NCBI GenBank assembly: GCA_003599145.1
Contig: QZIT01000005.1
Coordinates: 59,502 to 123,501 of the forward strand
Length of the DNA: 64,000 nt
Source of the DNA: Candidatus Woesearchaeota archaeon
GTDB taxonomy: Archaea; Nanobdellota; Nanobdellia; Woesearchaeales; UBA9642
Direction of reading: 5' to 3'
Positions within the stretch are counted from its first letter, which is position 1; the number at the start of each line of letters is the position of its first letter. The position numbers were made by a program, and so were the translations under genes. Below, piece by piece: positions 9,402 to 17,859 of this stretch. Below the pieces are notes generated by a model. The model searched no databases and was not told the origin of the DNA. It saw only the letters and a program-made list of their open reading frames with translations.

Positions 9402-10174
9402 TTTTTTTCAAGCCTGTCAAAAGCAAACGTGCCTTTTGCTCCTTCAATGCCTTTTTGAATGCCATCTAATTTTTCTTTAAGCGTCTTTTCTGCAGTCTTA
9501 TATTCTTTTGCAGTAACCAAGACCCTATAGCGTCCTCTGCCTTCGTAAGAAATTGCTGTTTGCGCGTCTTCTGCAGCGTGCAAAACGTTTTGCAAGGTTT
9601 CAACACCGTTAGGCGTATACAGCACCAGGTGCAGGGAGCCTTCAATAATCACCGACTTAGGTTTAACTTTTTCTATGATGATTTTATCGAGCTTTTCCGC
9701 AATCTCCTGCGGAACGCCAAAGCTTGCAAGGGAAACATTTCTTTCAACCACCTCTTGAAATGCAGAGTGCACGTAATCAAACTGCTTTAAAATGGGAGTT
9801 GCTATTTTGGGATATAAGTCAACGATAGGCTTTTTTAATTCTATGGAAAAGTTTTCAAGAATTTTTTCTGCTTTCTGCTCTTGCTTTATTCTTTCAAGCT
9901 TTTTCTTTTTCTCCATTTCATTGACTCTTCTTAAAGATAAATCAATGTATCCTCTTTCTTTATTGACGTTAAGAACAACACAAACAACGATTTTTCCCTC
10001 GATCACATAATCCCTGATGTTTCTAATCCTTCCAGGGCTTATTTCGCTGATATGGATTAATCCAGTTCTCCCATATTCGTTCAATTTTACAAAAACAGAA
10101 TTGTATTGGATGTTGTTTACTGTACAAAGAACAAATTCTCCTTCCTCAGGAAACCCTTCTCTTTTCAGAAGCAT
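9398..10174 (-). CDS. eif2a: Translation initiation factor aIF2 alpha subunit
   Basis: N-terminal S1/OB domain (GEFVLCTVNNIQYNSVFVKLNEY...GLIHISEISPGRIRNIRDY). Size and genomic context (S27e upstream, Nop10 downstream) fit. Confidence 0.9.
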   Translation of the reverse strand: MLLKREGFPEEGEFVLCTVNNIQYNSVFVKLNEYGRTGLIHISEISPGRIRNIRDYVIEGKIVVCVVLNVNKERGYIDLSLRRVNEMEKKKKLERIKQEQKAEKILENFSIELKKPIVDLYPKIATPILKQFDYVHSAFQEVVERNVSLASFGVPQEIAEKLDKIIIEKVKPKSVIIEGSLHLVLYTPNGVETLQNVLHAAEDAQTAISYEGRGRYRVLVTAKEYKTAEKTLKEKLDGIQKGIEGAKGTFAFDRLEKK

Positions 10175-10175
10175 G

Positions 10176-10358
10176 TTATTCTAAAACTTCCAAGATTCTT
10201 GCTTTGATTCTTGCTTTGCCGCCTGTTGGCTCTGCAAGAACTTTGTTGCAGACTAAGCAATTAATGGATGATGCTGATTTTCCAAATGCGATTTGCTCAT
10301 TTTTGCATTTAGGGCATCGCAGTTTGATGAATTTGCTTGCTGGTTCTCTTATTTTCAT
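10176..10358 (-). CDS. rps27e: Ribosomal protein S27e
   Basis: C4 zinc ribbon CPKCKNEQ...CLVCNKVLAEPTGGKA; 60 aa; overlaps the L44e stop. Confidence 0.9.
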   Translation of the reverse strand: MKIREPASKFIKLRCPKCKNEQIAFGKSASSINCLVCNKVLAEPTGGKARIKARILEVLE

Positions 10359-10672
10359 ATTAATTCAACCTTTTTTGCACGTTTTCCGTAATGCTGCACG
10401 TGCTGTTTTTTGCAGACAGAGCATTCATACCTAAAGTCTGTTTTTTTCGTCAGTTTTTTTCCTGTCCTTTTCCATTTGGTCAATGCTGGTTTTGAACCTC
10501 TTGTACCAAGATTTCCAAATCCCTTGCCAAATCCCCTTCTCTTTTTAGAGCCGTGAGAGAGCGGATGCGCACTTCCCGGAGTTTTCTTTTTTGCAATGCT
10601 GACCTTGTGTTCGGTGTGTTTTTTGCAGAAAGGACAATGTCTTCTGACTGATTTTGCTCGTTTCATAACCAC
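10355..10672 (-). CDS. rpl44e: Ribosomal protein L44e
   Basis: CPFCKKHTEHKV ... CSVCKKQH four-Cys pattern, highly basic, ~100 aa. Heads the L44e-S27e-aIF2alpha cluster. Confidence 0.85.
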   Translation of the reverse strand: MVMKRAKSVRRHCPFCKKHTEHKVSIAKKKTPGSAHPLSHGSKKRRGFGKGFGNLGTRGSKPALTKWKRTGKKLTKKTDFRYECSVCKKQHVQHYGKRAKKVELI

Positions 10673-10767
10673 AAGGAAAAGGCAGGGCTTTAAATAGGTT
10701 ACTGTTTTTGCGTTTAGTTAGTTTTATGCTGATTTTGAAAATTTTATTATAGTTTAGAATTTGACAT

Positions 10768-11238
10768 CTATAGATGAGCAAGAGCTTTGGGAACAACAAG
10801 GCCTACATATCTAAAGCCGCATTCTCTGTATTCTGGAAACTGGCTTGTTATTTGTCTCAGCCAGGACTCGTCTTCAACAGTAAATCTTTTTGGCTTTTGA
10901 TGTTGGTGGCAATATGCACGTATCATTTCAAATTGTCTTTGCACTTCTGCTGAAACAGAAATATCTCTCAGGACATAGATTAATGGACCACCCTGATTAT
11001 CATCAAAGATACTCTCTGGATGAGAATTTTCTGACCGCAACACAAGGCGTTCACCTTTGCCAATAACAGCGTCTATGCCTCTCTGAAAAACATCAGGAGC
11101 CATCATTCCCGTAATGTCACTAGTTGCCTGCCCAAACATAGGTTGATTGTATTCATAGGCTATTGAAATTCCTGTTTCTGTATGCAGCAACTGTGCATCT
11201 TGCAATCCAGAAGGAAAATTAGTATGAAATATTTTCAT
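10768..11238 (-). CDS. Hypothetical protein (157 aa from ATG 11238)
   Basis: Long ORF with no recognisable motif. The track ORF extends to 11340, but the first ATG (MKIFHTNF) is at 11238. Confidence 0.5.
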   Translation of the reverse strand: MKIFHTNFPSGLQDAQLLHTETGISIAYEYNQPMFGQATSDITGMMAPDVFQRGIDAVIGKGERLVLRSENSHPESIFDDNQGGPLIYVLRDISVSAEVQRQFEMIRAYCHQHQKPKRFTVEDESWLRQITSQFPEYRECGFRYVGLVVPKALAHL

Positions 11239-11366
11239 AACCGCAGAATTGTTTTTGCATTTAAAAATCTTATTAAAAACCTTTATAAATAACCCCCATT
11301 TCCTCAAACTGCGATGTGGGCATTGGCTTGCCTGAAGCAAAAAATCAATAATAATGGAGGCCTATC

Positions 11367-11954
11367 ATGGGATTATACCAAAAAATAAGGGAGCTCTGGA
11401 AAAATCCGTCTGAGCAATTGGGCGCGATATACCGTGAGCGATTGGCAGAATGGCGAAAGCAGCCAGTGACGATAAGAATTCAGTATCCAACAAGGATTGA
11501 CAGAGCACGTTCTTTAGGTTTTAAGGCAAAGCAGGGATTTCTCATAGTGAGACAGAGAGTTTCTAAGGGTGGAAGAATGAGATTAAAGAGACGAAAAGCC
11601 CGAAGAAGCAAGGCTCAGAGAAGAATGAAAATTCTGTCTATGAATTACCAGCAGGTTGCAGAGCAGAGAGCAAATAAAACCTTCAAGAACTGTGAAGTAT
11701 TGAACAGTTACTGGGTAGGAGAAGATGGAGTCAGCAAATGGTATGAAGTGATTTTGATTGACAGAAACCATCCAAACATTCTTGCAGATAATAATTTGAA
11801 ACATCTTGTCGAGAATAAGGGAAGGGTCTTCAGAGGATTAACGTCTGCTGGAAGAAAAGCCCGTGGTTTAAGAAACAAAGGAACGGGTGCTGAAAAGTTA
11901 AGGCCTAGCATCACTGCAAACTACAAGCAGAGAAAAGACCTGACGAGAAAGTAA
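11367..11954 (+). CDS. rpl15e: Ribosomal protein L15e
   Basis: MGLYQKIRELWKNP... N-terminus and basic composition typical of L15e. GGAGG 7 nt upstream of the ATG; ctttataaataacc box at about 11281. Confidence 0.9.
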   Translation: MGLYQKIRELWKNPSEQLGAIYRERLAEWRKQPVTIRIQYPTRIDRARSLGFKAKQGFLIVRQRVSKGGRMRLKRRKARRSKAQRRMKILSMNYQQVAEQRANKTFKNCEVLNSYWVGEDGVSKWYEVILIDRNHPNILADNNLKHLVENKGRVFRGLTSAGRKARGLRNKGTGAEKLRPSITANYKQRKDLTRK

Positions 11955-11955
11955 A

Positions 11956-11969
11956 TTTTTATTTTTTTT
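11956..11969 (+). terminator. Oligo-T tract downstream of rpl15e
   Basis: tttttatttttttt immediately after the stop codon. Archaeal RNAP terminates at T-runs. Confidence 0.4.
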
Positions 11970-12094
11970 AGTTTATTATTATGCTATTTATTTTATCAGT
12001 TTATTTTCTTTATTATTTTATTCTAACTTTATTTTTTAGCACCTATCTTAAGGTCTTAAAAAAAGAATAATCATCAAGAAAAAGTAAAAAAAAA

Positions 12095-12310
12095 TCAGAA
12101 CGCGCTTTCAACATCTCCTCTAGGATGTCCTAAAAGGTCTCCAGTAGAATGTCCTTCAAGTGTTAAATCTCCGTGTGGATGTCCTTCAAGTGTTAAACCG
12201 CCATTAGGATGTCCATCACTAGTAGGATGGCCAGCAAGCAAAGTTCCGTTAGGATGGTCAAACGCTACTGCTACAACTAGCACTATTGCTACAACAAAAA
12301 TCCATTTCAT
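12095..12310 (-). CDS. Small secreted His/Pro/Gly repeat protein (GHP repeats)
   Basis: Signal-like N-terminus MKWIFVVAIVLVVAVA, then DHPNG / GHPTSD / GHPNGGLTLE / GHPHGDLTLE / GHSTGDLL / GHPRGD. Confidence 0.6.
   Translation of the reverse strand: MKWIFVVAIVLVVAVAFDHPNGTLLAGHPTSDGHPNGGLTLEGHPHGDLTLEGHSTGDLLGHPRGDVESAF
12120..12262. repeat. Tandem coding repeats (30-nt period) inside the GHP-repeat gene
   Basis: atgtccttcaagtgttaaa occurs at 12149-12167 and again at 12179-12197. aggatg(t/g)cc recurs five times. Confidence 0.7.
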
Positions 12311-12370
12311 GAATCACCTCGTAGATTTTCTATAATTATTTATCCCCTATTTATATATTTTGCGCATATA

Positions 12371-12748
12371 CTATACATGAACCAAATTTGTATAATTACT
12401 GACAATGGGAATCTTCCACTGTTTTCCCTGCAATGCCTGAACAATGCAGTAAATAATCAATATCAAAAAGCACAGGGAAATCAAATAGTCGACCCAGACA
12501 AAGAACCATCCAAAGACAGGAAGGCTTTTCAAGATAAGCAGAATAATAAGAATGATGATTTCTGCAAAAAATAAAATCAATCCCTGCTTTACATGAAATT
12601 TAATAAAGTCATTTTTCTTCTGAATGGCAAATAAGGGAACCAAAACTAAAAAATGCAGATAGCTCAGCACAGCAGCCATTGTTTCTTCTCCTGTCAATTG
12701 GTTTTTGCTTTCAGCTTTTCTCGTCGGTTTAGCTTTTTTCTTTGCCAT
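12371..12748 (-). CDS. DUF4870-like small membrane protein
   Basis: Basic N-terminus, 3-4 TM segments, FHVKQGLILF motif characteristic of the DUF4870 family. Confidence 0.5.
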   Translation of the reverse strand: MAKKKAKPTRKAESKNQLTGEETMAAVLSYLHFLVLVPLFAIQKKNDFIKFHVKQGLILFFAEIIILIILLILKSLPVFGWFFVWVDYLISLCFLILIIYCIVQALQGKQWKIPIVSNYTNLVHV

Positions 12749-12749
12749 G

Positions 12750-13322
12750 TTAATGCTCCAAAAATAACAGATGTTTTTCTTTTCCTGAAAGCTCTTCCAT
12801 GATTCTTTTCACAATTGCTTTTTCAGGGTCAGGAATAAGCTTTACTCTTTTTCGTATGTCTGCAAAATCCTTGAATGGCTCTCCTCTTCTTTCCTCAATA
12901 ATCTGCCACATATGCTTTTTTCCAACGCCAGGAAGCAATTCGATAACGTGCATTCTGGTTGTTAAGGGCTGTGATTTATTGAAAAATTCAATGTAGGGCT
13001 GAGGGTTTGTTTTTACAATCTGATGCACAACATGCTCGACTTCATTTCTTGCTGTCGCTGTTAGTTTATCCAAGGAAAGCTTTCCATTAATATGATGAAT
13101 TTTATCTCTTTTGCCTTCTCCTATGTAAACCTCTTCATAGGGCTGAAGAAAGATATCTTTTTTAGGAACTAATTCTAACAAAGAAAAGTGCTGTTTGCCA
13201 ATAGCCTGCGCTATCGCTGTTTTTTTATGAAAGGGCCTTTTATCATCTGCATAGCCGTTTGGCAGGAAATCCAGAACAATAACCCATTCTTCCTTCGTCT
13301 GCCTGATAGTGTCTTCTTCCAT
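12750..13322 (-). CDS. DUF655/COG1491 OB-fold plus HhH nucleic-acid-binding protein
   Basis: EEWVIVLDFLPNGY N-terminal OB-like part and C-terminal ELLPGVGKKHMWQIIEERR helix-hairpin-helix. ~190 aa, as in archaeal DUF655 proteins. Confidence 0.65.
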   Translation of the reverse strand: MEEDTIRQTKEEWVIVLDFLPNGYADDKRPFHKKTAIAQAIGKQHFSLLELVPKKDIFLQPYEEVYIGEGKRDKIHHINGKLSLDKLTATARNEVEHVVHQIVKTNPQPYIEFFNKSQPLTTRMHVIELLPGVGKKHMWQIIEERRGEPFKDFADIRKRVKLIPDPEKAIVKRIMEELSGKEKHLLFLEH

Positions 13323-13412
13323 ATAACCCCCTCTACTTCAAATCAAAAAGGTGGATAGTGGAAAGTATATATAAACTTTTCTGCTATTTTCTATAAGAAT
13401 CAAGAAGCAATA

Positions 13413-14003
13413 TTAATGAAAAACTAATCCTTTAACTGCAGTTTCAACAGCAGGCCTTTGCGTGCTACCATAATAGGTTGTTATGCCGAAATATCTTAAT
13501 GACCTTGCAATCGTATTTCTTTTCTTATTTCTATAGACCTGCGCTTTATACGCATCAAAGCCCTGCTTTTCTGTAGGAACATAGGCAAGAAAATGTGCAG
13601 AAGGGTTTGCGCGAATAAACTCACCGACGTGAAAAGTTCCAATCAAAACCTGTCCTCGTTTATCTAAATGAAAACAGTCATATAAAACAACCGCTTTGTA
13701 ATGATTTTGGGGAATTGCTTCTTCAGGAGCAGAAAAATTCACTCCCTGCAAACTATCCGTTAAAGAAGCGTCACGAGTGATAACTAACACGCGATGTTCT
13801 TGATTATTATGTTGAGCAAGCAATGCAGCAAGATCAACAGGCTCGACAACTTTTTGTGAGGATACAGATGCATGCACTAAAGGAATATCTTCAACAGCAT
13901 AATCATCAGGAAGATAAGTATCAGATCCAACAGGCATAACATCAACAGCATCTTTTTGTCCTGAAACAATCCTTCTCGAGCGTATTTTCCGTTCTTTGAC
14001 CAT
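13413..14003 (-). CDS. Hypothetical protein (196 aa from ATG 14003)
   Basis: The track ORF starts at GTG 14021, but a TATA box (cttttataaa, 14025-14034 on the minus strand) sits about 31 nt upstream of ATG 14003. This favours a leaderless start there. Confidence 0.5.
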   Translation of the reverse strand: MVKERKIRSRRIVSGQKDAVDVMPVGSDTYLPDDYAVEDIPLVHASVSSQKVVEPVDLAALLAQHNNQEHRVLVITRDASLTDSLQGVNFSAPEEAIPQNHYKAVVLYDCFHLDKRGQVLIGTFHVGEFIRANPSAHFLAYVPTEKQGFDAYKAQVYRNKKRNTIARSLRYFGITTYYGSTQRPAVETAVKGLVFH

Positions 14004-14024
14004 GCAACGTGGACAAGACACTTG

Positions 14025-14034
14025 TTTATAAAAG
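14025..14034 (-). promoter_or_regulatory. TATA box for the 13413-14003 gene
   Basis: The minus strand reads cttttataaa; about 31 nt to ATG 14003. Confidence 0.45.
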
Positions 14035-14094
14035 TTTCGTTATGACAAAGTGACAAATAAAATAACCATCACAAAAGAGTAACAAATAGAAAGG

Positions 14095-14102
14095 TTTATA
14101 TA
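14095..14102 (+). promoter_or_regulatory. TATA box for the 14126 gene
   Basis: aaggtttatata lies 31 nt upstream of ATG 14126. Confidence 0.45.
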
Positions 14103-14125
14103 CCTGCAATCTCAGAAAAAAGAAG

Positions 14126-14383
14126 ATGAATATCAAGCAGAGAATTCTTCAGGATAAGACCCTTTCAAGGACAGAATTGGAAACGCCCATAGCAGAAATC
14201 GTGTACAAGAATAATCTATTGGAAGAGAAGGATGCAATCATCCAGCTTTGCTATAGACAAGGCGTTGTTTCTGGCATCATTGAATTAACCATGCAGGAAA
14301 TAGAAGCAATACGGCAAAAAATACGCGAAGAAAAGTCGTTAACCACAGAAAAAAAAGAAGAAGTTCTTGAAGTTCCAGAATAA
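14126..14383 (+). CDS. Hypothetical small protein (85 aa)
   Basis: ORF with a correctly spaced TATA box; acidic C-terminus; no recognisable motif. Confidence 0.45.
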   Translation: MNIKQRILQDKTLSRTELETPIAEIVYKNNLLEEKDAIIQLCYRQGVVSGIIELTMQEIEAIRQKIREEKSLTTEKKEEVLEVPE

Positions 14384-14458
14384 CTTTTTCTTCGCTTCAA
14401 TCTCTGAGGCAACAATTGGCTTAATGATAAAAACGTTTCTGCTGAAACTCTAAATATC

Positions 14459-15133
14459 CTATTGTCCCTTTAATGGTGGCTTCTGATAGGGATCATTGAT
14501 TGTTCCTAGAACAATACCTTTGAATAAATCTTGGAAAGTTTGCCATTTTGGCAGGTTTACTACTGAATCTCCTGTGCCGGAGTAGTATTGTGCCAATAAT
14601 TCATTTTGCAATCTTCCAAACAATGTAGTCATTCTATCAACACAATCATCAGGTAAACCTGGAGGATAGACGCTCTCAGGACTTCTTATTGGCGAAGCTA
14701 ACCCCTTCAGCTCATGGTAAATTCTGTTAGGTTGAAAATGATGAAGAAAAAATAAATCCACCACATCCGAGAGTGTTATCTGACCAGATTCTTTCTTGGA
14801 TAGTGCCTCAATGATGGCGATATATTGATGAACATATTTGCCTTCAACAGCATTGCTTTTTAAAATCGAGATTAGCCTATCGTTCTGCTCCGTATCAAGC
14901 TGACCAACTGTTGAAAGAAGAAATGCAAATTGTCTTTTAGCTCCATGTACTAAATAAGCATCGAGTCCAGTATCTGGAAGTAATCCTAACTCTATAGGAA
15001 GCATCAAACTTTCTGATCTAACTAAGACCTGCGGCCGATAATCTGGATCCTGTCTCCAAACTCTTCGTTGATACATATCTATTTCATTTGCAAGAATTGG
15101 ATTTTGCTCTTTTAATCTTGTTGATATGTCCAT
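14459..15133 (-). CDS. Hypothetical protein (224 aa)
   Basis: Long ORF with an ATG start and no recognisable motif. Confidence 0.5.
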   Translation of the reverse strand: MDISTRLKEQNPILANEIDMYQRRVWRQDPDYRPQVLVRSESLMLPIELGLLPDTGLDAYLVHGAKRQFAFLLSTVGQLDTEQNDRLISILKSNAVEGKYVHQYIAIIEALSKKESGQITLSDVVDLFFLHHFQPNRIYHELKGLASPIRSPESVYPPGLPDDCVDRMTTLFGRLQNELLAQYYSGTGDSVVNLPKWQTFQDLFKGIVLGTINDPYQKPPLKGQ

Positions 15134-15383
15134 AGAGCCAATGAACTATAAAGAGATTTATAAATCTTTCTATTTTGTAACCACTCATAAGTTAATAATT
15201 ACTGTGACACAAAAACCTCTCAATCTACTTGCAAAATGCAACTTTGTCAAATTCCTAGGTCAAAACATCTGCTACGTAACCTCTTTAGTTTTACCAATAC
15301 ACATAAAAAACGAAACATTTAAATACTAGTTTGTGCATATTTATTATCACTTTACAATAGTAAAAATTATCGTTGGGGACTTT

Positions 15384-16271
15384 ATGCAAAGAAAATCCAT
15401 ACTAAAACCATTGCTCTACCTTGCAATGCCTATCGTATTTGGCTGGGCAGGAAATGTCTATGTTAATCATGCCCTGACGCATAGAGCACCTATAACTCTA
15501 GAGCAAAAAACAGAAGAGACTGCAAAGAAAGATTATACTTCTGCACATCCTGCTCAATCTCCAACAGTTTCAATAACAGATAAAACTCCTGTAGACAAAC
15601 TCATACGTTCTTGGAGTGCTTCTGAAGATCCTGAAAAAAGAATTTTTGCAGGCAGATTATTAGATCAAAGAACAACGCTGACCCATAATTTACAGTATAT
15701 TGCAGATGTTGCTAACATTCCTCAGGAAATGCTCTTGGCTTTAGTCTATACTGAATCTCGAGGAAATATATATGCAGAAAGCGCAAAAAAAGCAAAAGGA
15801 CCGACGCAGATTACCAAAATAGCTTTACAAGATTTAGAAGAAAGATTACTTCCTCGATACAAATGGATGGTGAGTTATCAAACGCCCTCTGAGTTTAACT
15901 CTATTCAAACGTATCTTCAAGCAGATGATGCTTATTTCGTACGGGCATCCAACGGACTTCCTATTATCGAAAAGCTTATTGGAAAAAGAAATTTTGAACA
16001 TAAAAACGTAACTGATTTGGAATATTCTTTGCGCATGACAGGCGCTCTTTTAACTGCTTTCGGAATAGAAGTAAACAAGGGTTTGCCTTATTTAATAGAT
16101 TACAGCGATCCTTGCGCAGCAGAAAAGTCTCTTTCTTCTTATAATGGGGGAAATTTTGAAATATTAAAAAGTGCTGCAGGTATTCCTGATAGTTTGCCAT
16201 TTGAAATGAGAATGTATCCTGTAAAAGTAACCAACGCATTTCATGAAATAAATGCAGCAACAGGAAGTTAA
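15384..16271 (+). CDS. Membrane-anchored SLT-family lytic transglycosylase-like protein
   Basis: All three SLT (family 1 lytic transglycosylase) motifs are present in order: catalytic E-S (VYTESRGN), G-x-x-Q (GPTQITK) and [AS]-Y-N-x-G (SSYNGGN). N-terminal TM segment from ATG 15384 (MQRKSILKPLLYLAMPIVFGWAG); the track ORF starts at GTG 15333. Confidence 0.7.
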   Translation: MQRKSILKPLLYLAMPIVFGWAGNVYVNHALTHRAPITLEQKTEETAKKDYTSAHPAQSPTVSITDKTPVDKLIRSWSASEDPEKRIFAGRLLDQRTTLTHNLQYIADVANIPQEMLLALVYTESRGNIYAESAKKAKGPTQITKIALQDLEERLLPRYKWMVSYQTPSEFNSIQTYLQADDAYFVRASNGLPIIEKLIGKRNFEHKNVTDLEYSLRMTGALLTAFGIEVNKGLPYLIDYSDPCAAEKSLSSYNGGNFEILKSAAGIPDSLPFEMRMYPVKVTNAFHEINAATGS

Positions 16272-16304
16272 GTTTATAAAGAATCCAGAATACCTTATTC
16301 TTAT

Positions 16305-16388
16305 GCGGGGATGGCAGAGCGGTCAAATGCGGCAGGCTTAGGACCTGTTCCCTTAGTGGGTACGTGGGTTCAAATCCTACTCCCCGCA
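16305..16388 (+). tRNA. tRNA-Leu (anticodon TAG), intron-less, long variable arm
   Basis: Acceptor gcgggga/tccccgc, anticodon stem gcagg/cctgt with loop cTTAGGa, variable arm ccc-ttagt-ggg, T arm gtggg-ttcaaat-cctac. Confidence 0.9.
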
Positions 16389-16582
16389 TATTTTAACCAT
16401 TAAGTTCATGCGCTTATCCGAAAATTCTCCGGTTTATTTGCCCATAAATATAAATAGAAGAAGATCTTACAGACTTTTATGAAAATTGCAAAAGAATGGT
16501 TTACAGCTAAAAAGTTCATCTATATCTATAAAGAAGAAAAAGATTTTGATTGGCTTGATGATATTTTAAAAGGTGAAAACTG

Positions 16583-16771
16583 ATGTCTTCTGATAATAGA
16601 ATTGGAAGATTTGGCTTAGCAATAACTGCTTTTTATAATAATGGAAATTTTGAAGTTTTGGTACAAAGTGCCAACGAAGGAATACCTATAGAATTGGTTC
16701 TTATGCAACTTAAAGCGTTTCTAAGAAATCAGGAAAACAACTATTTTAATAATTTTGATAAGGCGTTCTAG
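16583..16771 (+). CDS. Hypothetical small protein (62 aa), possibly coupled to a 34-aa ORF at 16479-16584
   Basis: ATGA overlap with the upstream mini-ORF MKIAKEWFTAKKFIYIYKEEKDFDWLDDILKGEN. No recognisable motif. Confidence 0.3.
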   Translation: MSSDNRIGRFGLAITAFYNNGNFEVLVQSANEGIPIELVLMQLKAFLRNQENNYFNNFDKAF

Positions 16772-17493
16772 CCTATCAAATTCCAGCGTTTAATCAGCTT
16801 TGGCTTCTTAAACCTATCAACCAATTGGGCATAACGACTTTTCTTTTCTATATAATAGACCTTCTTTCCAAGCTTCTTTTCCAGCTTTTCAAGGGTTTTT
16901 TCATCTGCTTGCAACTGCTCTAAAGCATAGCCTGCAAGGCTATAAAGCTTTTTAAGCCTATAATTCTTAATATAATCAACCAGCTTTGACTGATTGACTG
17001 TAGCATCTTTGCCTATGGCAAGAAAATTATCAAGCCCCCCTAAAAGCTCTAAATGCAACAAGCAGTCTAAAAACGTCCTTTCCATATCGCTCACCTTAAC
17101 TTTTTGATTGCCTATAACTCTTTCCTCAACCCCAAAAAAGCTTTTTGTTTTGTATATATAATAATCCCTGTTGTAAATTCTGAGCTTTTTATTGACATCA
17201 GAAGCTATATAGATATTCTGGCTTTCAGCCAAGTCATGAATTTGCAGGGCAGTAACCAAAGAGAAATAGTACTTTTTTCTTAACCTAGAGGCAACCAGGA
17301 TGGGGTCAGGAACATACTGTTCATCTCCAAACGGCACAATATGATACAGCCCTTTATGGATGCGTTTAATGTAGTTTTTAGCCAACAGCCTTTGTATTGT
17401 ATTTTTGGCAACCTGATAGTTCTTTGTTATAGCCTTTACATCAGTAAGCGTAAAAACTCTTTGGTTATAGAGCAATTTATAGACTTTGAGCAT
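16768..17493 (-). CDS. Winged-helix regulator resembling the AbiEi-antitoxin/COG5340 N-terminal domain
   Basis: MLKVYKLLYNQRVFTLTDVKAI...AKNTIQRLLAKNYIKRIHKGLYHIV matches the AbiEi_4-type wHTH pattern. The track ORF begins at TTG 17535; the first ATG is 17493. No AbiEii nucleotidyltransferase partner lies adjacent. Confidence 0.45.
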   Translation of the reverse strand: MLKVYKLLYNQRVFTLTDVKAITKNYQVAKNTIQRLLAKNYIKRIHKGLYHIVPFGDEQYVPDPILVASRLRKKYYFSLVTALQIHDLAESQNIYIASDVNKKLRIYNRDYYIYKTKSFFGVEERVIGNQKVKVSDMERTFLDCLLHLELLGGLDNFLAIGKDATVNQSKLVDYIKNYRLKKLYSLAGYALEQLQADEKTLEKLEKKLGKKVYYIEKKSRYAQLVDRFKKPKLIKRWNLIG

Positions 17494-17705
17494 GTTTCTC
17501 TTCAATATTCCCTTTTTTATCGATAAAATAATCAAAAATGATTACCATTTTAACTAGGAAAGGCAAGGTTTCTTAAATTTCTTTCGATTTTCTAAATTTC
17601 CAATTGTATTCTCTGGTTGATGATGAAAGTCTAAAAATGCAGAATTCAACGGTTTGGGGAGTTTTAAATAAACACCCCCTCTTAGGACCGAGGCGTACAC
17701 CAAAA

Positions 17706-17717
17706 ACTTTATAAATA
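17706..17717 (+). promoter_or_regulatory. TATA box (ctttataaataa) for the S-layer gene, implying a ~115-nt 5' UTR
   Basis: Same ctttataaata box as upstream of rpl15e and rpl41e. GGAGGTG lies 8 nt before ATG 17860. The UTR contains the hairpin aaccgt...acggtt. Confidence 0.45.
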
Positions 17718-17859
17718 AACCTCAACATATCATTCTTACACGCATAGCTTTAAACATAAGAAGGCCTAATTAACCGTTGATAACCTTCACGGTTATAGCG
17801 CAAACTTCATATGTTTAAGGAAGTAATGCTAAACGAAAAAACACGGAGGTGTTTAGAAC

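Noticed and set aside
15976-16389. 137-aa minus-strand ORF
   Set aside because: It is antisense to the 3' end of the transglycosylase gene and runs through the tRNA-Leu gene. Its N-terminus (MRGVGFEPTYPL) is simply the translated tRNA T-arm complement.
16389-17535. tRNA-Leu as integration site for an element containing the AbiEi-like gene
   Set aside because: No integrase is adjacent and no repeat of the tRNA 3' end was found downstream. The S-layer gene follows directly, so this is probably core DNA.
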